Below are positions 12,017 through 22,664 of a stretch of 64,000 nt of DNA, in pieces. Location of the stretch: the NCBI RefSeq assembly GCF_001194135.2, contig NC_068983.1, positions 111,817,822 to 111,881,821 of the forward strand. The letters are read 5' to 3'. How positions within the stretch are numbered: position 1 is the stretch's first letter; each line of letters starts with the position of its first letter. The translations under genes were made by a program, and so were the position numbers. The notes below the pieces were generated by a model. That model had not been told where the DNA came from. It did not search any database and worked only from the letters and a program-made list of their open reading frames with translations. Source of the stretch: Octopus bimaculoides. Taxonomy: Eukaryota.

Positions 12017-13290
12017 TGGAAAATTTGTTGGCTGGTTTGCTCAAGTTGTAAAAGCAGCAACAACAGCAACTGAAAGAATTACAGCAGCAGCTACAACTTC
12101 AAGAATAACAGCTGAAGCAATAACAACTGAAGGGAAGAAGAAGAACAACAATAGTTACTATTTCAGCAACAAATACTGCAATTAATGAAATTGTCAGGAA
12201 ATTCGATGGAAGAGTGTAGGACGAAAGTTGCGAATGAATGTAACCGCATGAATGAGATGAAGGACTCATCTCAGTTATCAGTGGCGAGGCGGGGCACGTG
12301 GGGTCCGTGCTAAACCCGCCTTACCACTCCATCCGTAATGTCTTCCGGTGTGTCTTATCATTCAATTTTATTCCGATTTCATTGTCCAAAATTTTTTAAT
12401 GCATGTTTCTGTAAATTCATCCCTTTCATCTGACCCCAAATCTATGTCGCCCCTTGTGGGTAAGAAAAAATTAGAAATTAGAAATTCAGAAAAGTGTTCT
12501 CACCAGACTATGTCATGAACTCCATAAGAAAGTTCAAATGCGAACCTGACGACGCATACTACAGAAGATATGAGCAAATCTTCGAGAAACAATGTAAAGA
12601 TTAGGATGATGAGATGAAAACGCACTTAATCTTGAGAAAACTGGTGGCAACAGAACATGAACGATACAGTAGTTATAAGCTCCCAAGAAAACGTTTGGAC
12701 ATAAACTTTAATGACACAATAGATATATTATGTAAAATGTTCAGTGGAAAAAGCTCACTGTTCAACACACATTGGAAGTGTCTGAAAATAGAAAAAACAA
12801 CGACGAGGACTACATCACATATGCTGATTGAGTAAACAGGGAATGCGAGAAGTTTAAGCTGAATGAATTAATGCAGATGTGTTCAAATGCTTGATTTTTA
12901 CACAGGGACTTACTGCCGAAAATGACACAGAATTTAGAACTAGAATTCTCGCAAAGCTGGAAAAAAAGCCAGGATATAACCCTATAGAAAGTGTCAGAAG
13001 AATGTGAAGGGATAGTTAAATTAAGACATGACACAGAGGAAATCAAGCAGAAATATTGTTTCCAAGTAAGGTAAGTGCGAAACAATCAGAATAGAGATTT
13101 TCTAAAAGACATGACAAAAATCAAGAAATAAGCCAATGTTTTGCATGTGGAAGTATACAACTGAGGAAAAATTTTCCATTTAAAAAAGTGGAGTGTTTTC
13201 ATTGTGGAAATATAGGACATAGAAAGATGCTCTGTAGAATGAAGATGACAAAACGTCAAAATAAAGGAAAAAGAATAAATAGTATGTCAT
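12017..13290 (+). pseudogene. Gypsy gag remnant with CCHC knuckles, interrupted by an insertion at about 12205-12490
   Basis: Q-rich N-terminus, VFSPDYVMNSIRKF, FKLNELNADVFKCLIFTQGL, CFACG and CFHCGNIGHRKMLC. Confidence 0.8.
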
Positions 13291-13319
13291 CAGAAGAAAT
13301 TGGCAATATAACGATGAAA

Positions 13320-13560
13320 AAATTCATGAAGGTGAAAATCAGAAATACAAGTGTTAAAATGCAGTTGGACACTGGTACTGATATCACCATTATAAACGAA
13401 AAATTTAGAAATATGTCAGTAAGTCAAAATAAAATTGAAAAAGGTAGCATATGGTGTTACAGGAAAAAGATTATATTTTTTCAGTGAATTCATATGTACT
13501 GTAACATTTCATGGTCAAACGAAAAAGGTAAAGATATATGTGTTAAAAAGTTCACATAAT
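13320..13560 (+). pseudogene. Gypsy aspartic protease remnant
   Basis: VKMQLDTGTDITIINEK (DTG catalytic motif). Confidence 0.85.
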
Positions 13561-13744
13561 CTATTCATCACAGAGTGGATGGAACTATTAAAATTGTGGA
13601 ATATGCCCATAAGTGTGGAAATATAGTCAGTCCAGTCGAAGATTTGAATGCAGCTGAAGGACTAAAAACTAAAAATTGCACTAAAACAGATTGAAACACT
13701 TGTATGAAAGCCAAAACGAAATAAAAAATTGCCCATGATAAAAA

Positions 13745-13916
13745 GTAGATGTTCGGTGGTTGAGACTTACACATCGATTTCACTGGTCTTTTAAATGGTT
13801 CTTATTACTTTCAAAATGGCCAGAAATGTTTAAGTGTAAAAAGCCAAACCTTCTCAATGGTGATAAATTGTTTGCACGAATTGTTTGCAAGATTTGGCAT
13901 CCCAGACAAGATAGTG
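13745..13916 (+). pseudogene. Gypsy integrase core fragment (truncated)
   Basis: LHIDFTGLLNG, SKWPE and RFGIPDKIV; stops before SDNG. Confidence 0.75.
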
Positions 13917-14043
13917 CTTTGAAGAGAGCGTTCAGTTTGTTTGATTTGTATTTTGTTGAAAATTGTTTGAAGAATTGTTGTTGAAATATTATTGTTAATA
14001 TTTATTGTTGAAGATTGTTTTCCTACCCAATTTGGGTATGAAA

Positions 14044-15337
14044 GCAGGAATGTGTGCTGCGGCAGCAGGTAAAAGCCTGTCTGCTAATGCAATGCAAATG
14101 GAAGAAATTCACATTTAGAAAAATTTAAGAATTTATTCAAAAAGGAAGGAGATTGTTTGAAAATAACACCGCCTAAAGACGTAGTCGAACGAGCTGAAAA
14201 GAAAATTATTGTATACAGAACGCTTAATGTCGAAACAAAGAAGATTGAAATAGCAGAAATTGAAGAGATAGAGCAGTGCCTAAGTGAAGTTAAGCCATTA
14301 GCAACATTTTACGCAAGAGGTAGAAAGTATGGCATGGTGGAGGTACACTTTACAAGTGAGGAGAAGGCAAAAAAGCACTCCACTGTACCTTTAAGAACGG
14401 CTAGGTGGGCACTTTTGCCTACCTATTGTAGAAGAAGAGCCGCACGAGTAAGGATTGGCCGAGTGCCTCTTGAAATAGCCCCAGAGTGGCTGGTTACAGC
14501 CATTATTTATAACTGCAAAGATGCAGTGGAAGTTCTAAAGGTTGAAAAGTCACAAGAGATCAACTGGTGGGGTTTTGGTGTAGAGGTACTTATCCATATA
14601 ACCCTGCCAGATCTGCATAACATAGCCGAAGCATTGGTGCTCCTCGATGAAACACGACTGAAAGTTGTGGTGGAGGGGAGACCACCAATATGTTACAGAT
14701 GTAAAAGTAGGGGACACATGCAAACAAAGTGTCCCTAAGAGAAGTACCTGGTGAAGAATTAGAAGGGTGTAACGATGCAGTAAGAGAGGAAGAAGAGGAA
14801 AAAGTGGAAGAAAAGGAGGAAGAAATAACTGTTGATAGAAAGTGAGCGCGTGTGGAATGCCCACCAAAAAGCCTGAAAAAAAAAAGAAAGGTAAAAAGAA
14901 AATAATGGAGGAAATGAAAACGACAGTGTCGAACCCGAGAATCAGAGCAAGCAGTGACTAGAATAGAAGAGGAAGATGACATCAGACTTGAGCAGTGGAA
15001 GGAGAGAGTGGCATTTCAAACAGAATATGCAGCATGAGTAGGGAGACCAAAAGGAAAGAATTTAAAATTGTTGGTGTTTTACATGAGGGAGATGGAAGTA
15101 GAAAAGAGGTTGGCAAAAACAAAGGGATTAATACGAATTAAATTGGATTCAAATATGTTCCATAGAGATCAGAAAGTAGTGTTATTGGACAAAGATTGAA
15201 TGGAAAGAATGGTAGAGTTGTTTCCTAGTAGTATCATGGGAACAGGAGTATATGTCCATTATGAGAGTCTGCCAAATGTTGTTGAACTGGAAGATTTGAT
15301 GGAGCTTATAACAGACGAGAAATTTAAAAACGATTAA
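14044..15337 (+). pseudogene. ORF1/Gag-like unit A: RRM-like region, CCHC knuckle, E/K linker, unknown C-terminal domain
   Basis: Open 14157-14738 (193 aa) ending VVVEGRPPICYRCKSRGHMQTKCP; frameshifted acidic tail; C-terminus IRIKLDSN...LLDKD...GVYVHYESLPNVVE. Confidence 0.75.
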
Positions 15338-15717
15338 AAACTGTATAAAAGAATAGTCAAATAAAACTGCAAGCTTTGGGGGGCTCGTAAGCCATTTCAT
15401 CCTTTCATTTTAAATAATTCATGTCATCGTTCATTAAATGTAACCCACGTTTTGTATTGTATTGTCTGTTCTTGTAATGTCCCCCTCTGTGTTGTAGCCA
15501 TAGTGCCAAATAAAGAAATGAGTATGTAGTAGGTAGTGAGAGATATTTTTACCAATTGGAGTTAATTTTGTTGTGTTTTTTTGATTGCTGTTAAGCATAA
15601 GTCACCTTGTTAAATATTTGTTGAAGGTCTCCCATCATGGGTGTACCCAAGATTATTGATTGTTACTGTTGAAATTGCTGTTACTGTTATTGTTGAATTG
15701 CTTGTTTTCATCCCATT

Positions 15718-17140
15718 GTGGGAAAGATGGAGAAAGTGCCAGCAGGAGGCCACAGTTATGCAGCAGCAACTGGTAAAGGAATAGAAGTTGAAACCTTGGA
15801 GGTGCGGGAAGTAAAATTTGAGCCGAGGAGGATGAAAGAATGCGAGAAACTATTGAAAAAGAAGGGAAACACATTGAGACTAACACAGCCTGAGGAACTC
15901 ATAAGTAGTGTAACCAAGAGAACAGTGATTTTTAAAACCCTGAAGGTGTCGAGTAGGAAGATCAAAATAGCAACAATTGAGGCTATTAAGAATTGCTTGA
16001 AGGACATTAAGAAACTCATCATGTTCATCACACGTGAAAGGTATGGCACGATGGAGGATGAAGCAATGAAGCACTCCACAGAAGCCATAAGAACGGAATA
16101 ATGGGTACTCTTGCCGATGTACTGTCACAAGCATGTTGCCAGGGTGAGAGCTGGCAAAGTGCCCCCAGAGTTAAAGGAAACATGGCTGATGGCAGCCATA
16201 ATGCTTAACATGCAGGAGGATGCCAAGATACTCAAGGCAACGAGAACCAAAAGGTTGAATTATTGGCGGTATGGCATAGAGATGGCCATACAAGTGAGTT
16301 TGGAATACCTCAACAGACTGGCAGAAGAAATAGTTCTGCCCGAGGAAATAAGGCTGAGAGTGGTGGTGGAGGGTAGGCCTCCCATATGCTATTTATGTGG
16401 AGAAAAAGGCCACCTGAAGGTGACATGCCCCCAGAGAGAAGAGGAACAACAGATGGAACAGACTGTGGAGTAGGAGAATATGGACCAAGTGGTACACGTC
16501 GAGGTAAAGGAGACAAGAACAGCAGAGGAATTCATGGTAGTCAAAAAGAGAAAGAGAAGTGAAAGAGTAAGCTCTCTGTCAGAGAGGCAGAAAAAGAAAA
16601 AGGAAGTAGTTAAGGAGGTAGAGAAAGAGGTTGTGAAGGAAGTCAGAAGGAAGGAAGGTGAGAAGATGGTTGACAAGGAGATTGAAAAGGAGCTTGAAGA
16701 GGAGGAGGAGTTTTAGAAGGAGGAGACAGCAGGAAAGACACTGGTTATACCAGTGGAAGAAAAGGATTTAGGCAAACAACTGTATGAGGGTGAAATGGCG
16801 ACACTATTTAGAGTGGAGGAGGAAAAAGCAAAAGTACCAGAAGAGCAAGAAATGGAAAAACAAGCAAGGAAGGTGCAAAAATACCGATGAAATTTTGTGA
16901 CATACTCTAAAAATAAAGAAACTGGACAGAAAATAATGAAATTTAAGTCTATTATAAGGGTGAAGTTGCCCACAGATGTGTATACGGAGAATGTGAAGGC
17001 CATTGTGATCGACAAGGAGAGGTACAACAGGCTGAAAGATGTGTGGAAGAGGCATTGATCTGCCAGGATTTGTGGTGGAATTTGATGAATTGCCACCTGT
17101 GGTAGAACAGAAAGGTCTTGAACCTTTTATGAGATATTAA
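15718..17140 (+). pseudogene. ORF1/Gag-like unit B, paralog of unit A
   Basis: One frame from 15718 to about 17058 with four in-frame stops, then one late frameshift; SYAAA motif, VVVEGRPPICYLCGEKGHLKVTCP, IRVKLPTD...VIDKE...GFVVEFDELPPVVE. Confidence 0.8.
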
Positions 17141-17462
17141 AAACAAAAAAGTAAGTAAAATTGTTTTAAGTTAGAAAATAAAGGGAAAAAATAAGTAAAA
17201 TTGTTTTATTTTTAAAAAAGAGGAAAAAACGATTATAAAGGAAAAAAAAAACAGAGGAAAAAAATGAACGATTACAAACAGTGCATTTAAACATTCAAAT
17301 GGTACTGCATGAGAGTGGGGCTCATGCAGCCAATTCATTTTCATTATATAACATCAACGTTTTCATTTGTTTTATGTTTTTTTGTCCTCACTGTGGTGTT
17401 CTGTCTGTTCTTGCACTGTCCCCTCTGTGTAATGGATGTAGCGCCAAAATAAAGAAAGTGTA

Positions 17463-17565
17463 TGTAGTAGGTGGTTAGAGATAGTCATGTCTTTACTGGT
17501 TTTACTAAGTATACTGTATACTGAAGTGGGCATTATAAGAATCCAACATTGTAAGGATTATAACA
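17463..17565 (+). repeat. 3' LTR (103 bp)
   Basis: tgtagtagg...tataaca, preceded by purine-rich aaataaagaaag. Confidence 0.85.
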
Positions 17566-19199
17566 ATTATCCAATGTGCTCTCATTATTTAAGGTAAGGT
17601 TTTATTTGATGGCTATTTCACAGCTATTTCCAACAGACTAAGCAACCACATAATGGTTCTCTCATTGACTAAAGACTATGAAAATACTACCGAATTAAGA
17701 TAGATGACAAAAGGCTTAAACTCCAGGGGTATTCGTTCTGAATTTACAATGAGAGCATTGTACACCTATTTTTGGTATATTCATAAATATTAAGCTCATT
17801 CAGGAGCATAATCATAGATCATTATGAGAGACTAGTCTTTCTAAATCTTGTGATGAAATACTGAGGCACTGGTTCTGAAATAAAAGGGTTCACCTTACAG
17901 CTAATTGCATCATATGACACTGAATGGCAGCATAATAGAAATATGATAAAAATAAGGACTGAAAAAGAGCATCTTTCCACAAAGCACACATGCTGTGTTT
18001 GTCTTCATGATGGCATGTATATATGAAGTCTTGGAAACATTAAGAGGCATTTCATATCTGTATAAAAACTAATTTTGAGTTATTTAGAAGGCTAAAATGC
18101 AACTTCCATGTTGTAATCGCTTCGGTCTCAGATCAAGATTTGTACAACTCTGAAATATTGAAAATATTATACATAAAACTGATTTTGTTTACAATAACTT
18201 TTTTCTTGCAGGATTATGATATAATCTTGTCATAATTTGTAATGATTCACTTTCAGAAACAAAGATAAAGTTAATTTTAACTAATAATACACACACCTGT
18301 ACTACATTTAGAAACAAAGATTATATCTGTTTGGAGCTGTAGATGTAACAATATTCGCTGTTGTTTACAGCAGGTGATCTAAACATTATGTATGTTATAA
18401 TTTATCAATGTTGAAATACTGTCTAGTTACAGAAAAATACGACTGTTTAAGCATATTTTTTATTACCAAATCCATGCAGAGGTGATTTGTTGATAAAAAT
18501 GTAGTGAATCCTTTATATACAACAGTGAAAGTTTTGTGCTTTTACTAGAAGCAATCGTTTTTATTAGAAAGAATCATAGAGCACACCCAGTTATAATAGT
18601 AACTATAAGCCACTTATAAACACCAAAACGTTTTACTTAAAACTGAGCAAAATTCAACACTCTTCAACATTACTAACAAAGATTAAGTTAAGAAAATAAT
18701 TACTCTTTACTATATTACTTGAAATTATGCTGAGAAACTATCAGAACATAATGATTAAGAGATACAAGTAAAATGGATGCAATCCACATAAGTTGAGTTT
18801 TCTCCATTTCCACTGAGATTTTTCAAATATTTTTAGCACTTCAAGATGATTGCAAGAGACCTCTCCTAAATAAAAGAATTTTAAAACTGCATAATTATTA
18901 AATGTTGTTCCCTGTCCATTGTACCTTCATGACAGCGATTACTATCATAAGGAGACAGTGATGACTGTCATGAAGGTACAAGGATTAAAAACGTTTTTAT
19001 TCCTCCTCTTGTTATTATATTGCATATTCTGGAATACATATAATCCAAATTTTTAGAGCAAAAACAAAATTTTAATTTGTGCATTTTTAATGCACCCCAT
19101 TTCTGAAGTAGGGAAGAGCTACTCATTGGTATCCCACAAATCAATGTCAACTTGACCTTGAGGGCAAGTGCCCTCTTTCCACTCTCCTCCCTCAATCTA

Positions 19200-19615
19200 T
19201 AGGCACATGCTGGGAGTAGGTCCATTTACCTGGCCCATTTTTACTGCTGTCACCCAAATTCGCTAGAAAGAAGCACTTTCTTCTCCAACCTCACTTCCTT
19301 TTTCAAGCAGAAGTGGAAATGTTGATAAGGGTTTGGCCAAGGAGAAAGACATCTGTCTTCAACATTTTGAATCTGGTTCATCTCTCAACCTTTTTCACTA
19401 AGTTTACCAGGTAGATAAATGCTGCCTGTCCTTCTCAGTTAAATGAAGGCAGCAGTACAATCTTTGCAATGGACTCAGCTGAAAGCCGGATCCATCCAAC
19501 ATACAACAGGAGCTGTTCAACATACATTCTCTCGTCAGCAATGCTTGGCCACTGGATGATCACATGCAGAACAGTTTCTTTGTTCTGTGCACTCGTCGTT
19601 AGGTCCAGCTGATGA
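19200..19615 (-). pseudogene. L1/Tx1-type ORF2 C-terminal remnant
   Basis: ETVLHVII...YVEQLL..VG.IRLSAESIAKI...EG...F..LV...K...TR.K.L.T; resembles the Tx1 post-RT cysteine-rich C-terminal region. Confidence 0.6.
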
Positions 19616-19822
19616 TAATTCTGTGCTTAATGATAGCTTCTAACATAAGCACAAATTTTGGCAGAGAAGACAAGCAGTCATTGATATCTACTTCAATACT
19701 TGACTGGTGCTTCGTTATATCAACCCTGGAAGAATGGAAGGCAAAAACTGACCTTGGTTTGATTAAAACTCTATGCTAAAAAGAAAAAAAGAAACAAATA
19801 CTGGAAAGCATTTTGTCTGACA

Positions 19823-19872
19823 CTCCTCCTCCTCCTCCTCCTTTTCTTCTTCTTCTTCTTCTTCTTCTTCTT

Positions 19873-19942
<70 letters not shown>
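19823..19942. repeat. Compound microsatellite (CCT)n-(CTT)n-(CTA)n-(ATA)n
   Basis: Direct reading. Confidence 0.95.
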
Positions 19943-19944
<2 letters not shown>

Positions 19945-20969
19945 CATTTTGTGCTGTTTAGAAGAGTTTAGATTTCTATGTCTCCATTAGAAGTCATATT
20001 GAAGCAATACATGTCGGATATGAGATGTCTAGGTTATTTGTAGATGATAATTAAGATAAATCTCTATAGAGAGAGGGTAACATGAAAGAGTTCTGCATTG
20101 ATAGGATCTATTTTTATCAATTATAATGAAACCATGTTACAGTACAGACAATATCACTCGGAAGATAAACAATTATTTTTACCTTATCTTAATCATTATG
20201 GGATTGAGGTTGTTTTGTTTTCCTTCTTTTTCTTTTTTGTTTTTTTTTACATTGTTATGAAATGACTGCTTTGTAAGAGAAAAAATTATAATTCACCAAA
20301 TAATCTCCAGGATATGTGTGATATTTATCTTTATGTATGAAAAGAAAAATCAATTCCAATGGGATTTGAACTCAAAACATTGAAAAGCATAACTAAATGC
20401 TACAAGACAAGTTGTCTACTATTTTTTTTTTTTTTTTGTCTTTGTTACTTTCGGTGATAATAGTAAACATTTTTTAATTTAAGCCCAAGGCGACACATTC
20501 GGAAGAATGATATATCATTCTCAGTACTTAATTGATATTTTATCTTACCAAATCCTGAAAGATGAAAAGCAAAGTTAACCCTGGCTGGATTTCAGCTGAT
20601 AGTTAAACACAAAAAGACTTTTTATGTAGTGGTAGTGCACCATCAATTCCACCAGCCATCTCTACAGAAAGACTTATATATTACTTTCTAAACATGACCT
20701 GGCATTTAGGGAAGATAATTTCAATGTTACTGGCTCTATTATTTACCTATTGAATATAATATTTTAACATACTAGGAGGAATGAAAAGCAAAAGTAAATC
20801 TTATGGGCATTTCAAATTTAATAACAACAACAGCAACAACTACAACTAAAATAATAATGATGGACTTTCCCATTGAAAATGATGTATAAGTGTTCAGCTT
20901 TTGCTGAACAATTTTCACAAATGATTTGTCTATAGTGATCAGATATTTATGCCACATATTAATTTACTC

Positions 20970-21155
20970 ACTTCACCAAATCGATGTTGTCTGAACAGGT
21001 GCGCTGTGTACCACATGTCAAGTGTCAAAGTGATTGAAGAATAACATGAAATGAAGTGTTTTGCTTAAGAACACAACACACACCACCCAATCTAGGAATT
21101 GAAATCATGATCATTAGATCATGAGCACAATGTCCCACCACTAGTCCAGGTGCCC
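20970..21155 (-). mobile_element. CORE-like SINE (family E) 5' part
   Basis: gaagtgttttgcttaagaacacaac...ctaggaattgaaa shared with 23600-23778, 49680-49820 and 52915-53052. Confidence 0.7.
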
Positions 21156-21183
21156 CTACAAATTAATAATAATAATAACAATG

Positions 21184-21220
<37 letters not shown>

Positions 21221-21222
<2 letters not shown>

Positions 21223-21775
21223 CCCTGATGCAGCACAAGGCAGTAACTCTCATGGCTTCTGATCTTAATTGATTGGAAGTGTTATCATGTACATTGTTTT
21301 GTCTTGGTATAAAAGATGGGCTACAGCAAATATTCTGCTCATGCCTCAGATTTGCTAGTCAGTTGTTTGACTATAACCATTTGAGCATGTCCCTTGGTGG
21401 CTGACGATATGTGCATCTCTGATTATGAGCAGAAGTAGTGGAGGAGCATCATAGCCATGTGTTGAGAAGAATTCTTTGAGGTTTGAATAATTCACCTTTG
21501 AAAACATGGGTGTTTTGCTCAACATCCTTAAACAAACCTTATTCAGGGACCTTTTGAGCGGGATGGGCTACTCGACCTGAAGAAAGTTCTAACTGGGCCC
21601 CACCTGTAAGGTCATGCGCTGTTTATCTTGATATGAGATCACCATGTCGCACACATTTGGTTTTGATGCATGTACCTGGTGTACCCTTATCAGACGGGTA
21701 GTCATGATGGGTATAATGGGCTTCGTATATTTTACCCCAGTGTCACTTTGATGGCATGCACAGCTCTCTCACTCA
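21221..21775. mobile_element. Unclassified 555-bp interspersed element bounded by (AAT)n on both sides
   Basis: Sharp boundaries into (AAT)n tracts, higher GC than flanks; recalled as a recurrent octopus repeat (not verifiable here). Confidence 0.5.
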
Positions 21776-21794
21776 ATAATAATAAAATTATTAT

Positions 21795-22320
21795 CATTAT
21801 TGATCATTTAACATTCGCTTTCTGTGTAGGCCTGATTTGGATGGTTTGACTGAAAACTGGTAAACCAGGGGGCTGCACCAGGTTCTGATCTGATTTGACA
21901 AAGTTTCTACAGTCAGATGCCCTTCCTAATGCCAACCACTCCAAGAGTGTAGTGGATGCTTTTTACATGCCACTCACATGGGTATTAATGACCTGACACC
22001 AGCATCGGCCATGACTACGGTCTCACTTGTCTTGACAGGTCTACACAAGCACGGTATATCGCCAAACATCTTAGACACCTGTCACTGACTCCATACGGCC
22101 CAATAAACAAATGGAGCTTTTTACGTGCCACTAGCATAGGTGCCAGTCAGACGGCACTGATATTAGTCAAAACTACAATTTCAATCAGTTTCGCAGGTCT
22201 TCACAAGCACAGTATACCACCCAAATATTGAAGGGGGCTTTCAAAGGGCCAGTACACATCACTGGCATCGATCGCAACTACAATCTTATTTAGCTTGATG
22301 ATGATGATGATAATAACAAT
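21795..22320 (-). mobile_element. SINE family C, long copy with internal tandem subrepeats
   Basis: Shared 3' region plus two internal units (..tttttacgtgccac..cagtc..caagcac..tat..cc). Confidence 0.75.
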
Positions 22321-22367
22321 AATAATAATATTAATAATGATGATAATAATAATAATAGTAATAATAA

Positions 22368-22583
22368 TCCTTTCTACTATAGGCACAAGGCTTGAACTTG
22401 TGGAGGAGAGGGATAGCTGACTACATCAACCCCAGTGCATAACTGGTACTTATTTCATTGACTCTGAAAGAGTGGAAAGCAAAGTTGACCTCAACAGAAT
22501 TTGAACTCAGAACGTAAAGACAGACAAATTGCTGCAAAGCATTTTGCCCAGCAAGCTAACAATTCTGCCAGCTTGCTACCTTA
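22368..22583 (-). mobile_element. SINE family D copy
   Basis: Matches 8128-8347; tRNA-like head on the minus strand. Confidence 0.85.
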
Positions 22584-22664
22584 AAAACAATAATAATCAT
22601 GATAATGATGATGATGATGATGATGATGATGATAGAGCAAAAAAGTGGTACGTACATAAACAGT

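Larger units (their letters stand above)
11742..17565 (+). mobile_element. Ty3/gypsy LTR retrotransposon, internally deleted (RT/RNase H absent), containing two ORF1-like units
   Basis: Two 103-bp TG...CA direct repeats, PBS, and gag/CCHC, DTG protease and integrase remnants in gypsy order. Confidence 0.8.

Noticed and set aside
12214-12275. Hammerhead-like words ggacgaaa and gatgagtcc
   Set aside because: The two half-cores are on opposite strands, and the U16.1/H17 and CUGA positions are not satisfied.
14550-17096. Minus-strand S/F/L-rich ORFs opposite units A and B
   Set aside because: Antisense shadows of the purine-rich E/K-coding strand.
11737-17570. Target-site duplication for the gypsy element
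   Set aside because: gtgaa versus attat do not match; no TSD claimed.
18200-18240. Strong acceptor ttttcttgcag followed by DYDIILS*
   Set aside because: Too short, no linked upstream exon; expected by chance in AT-rich DNA.
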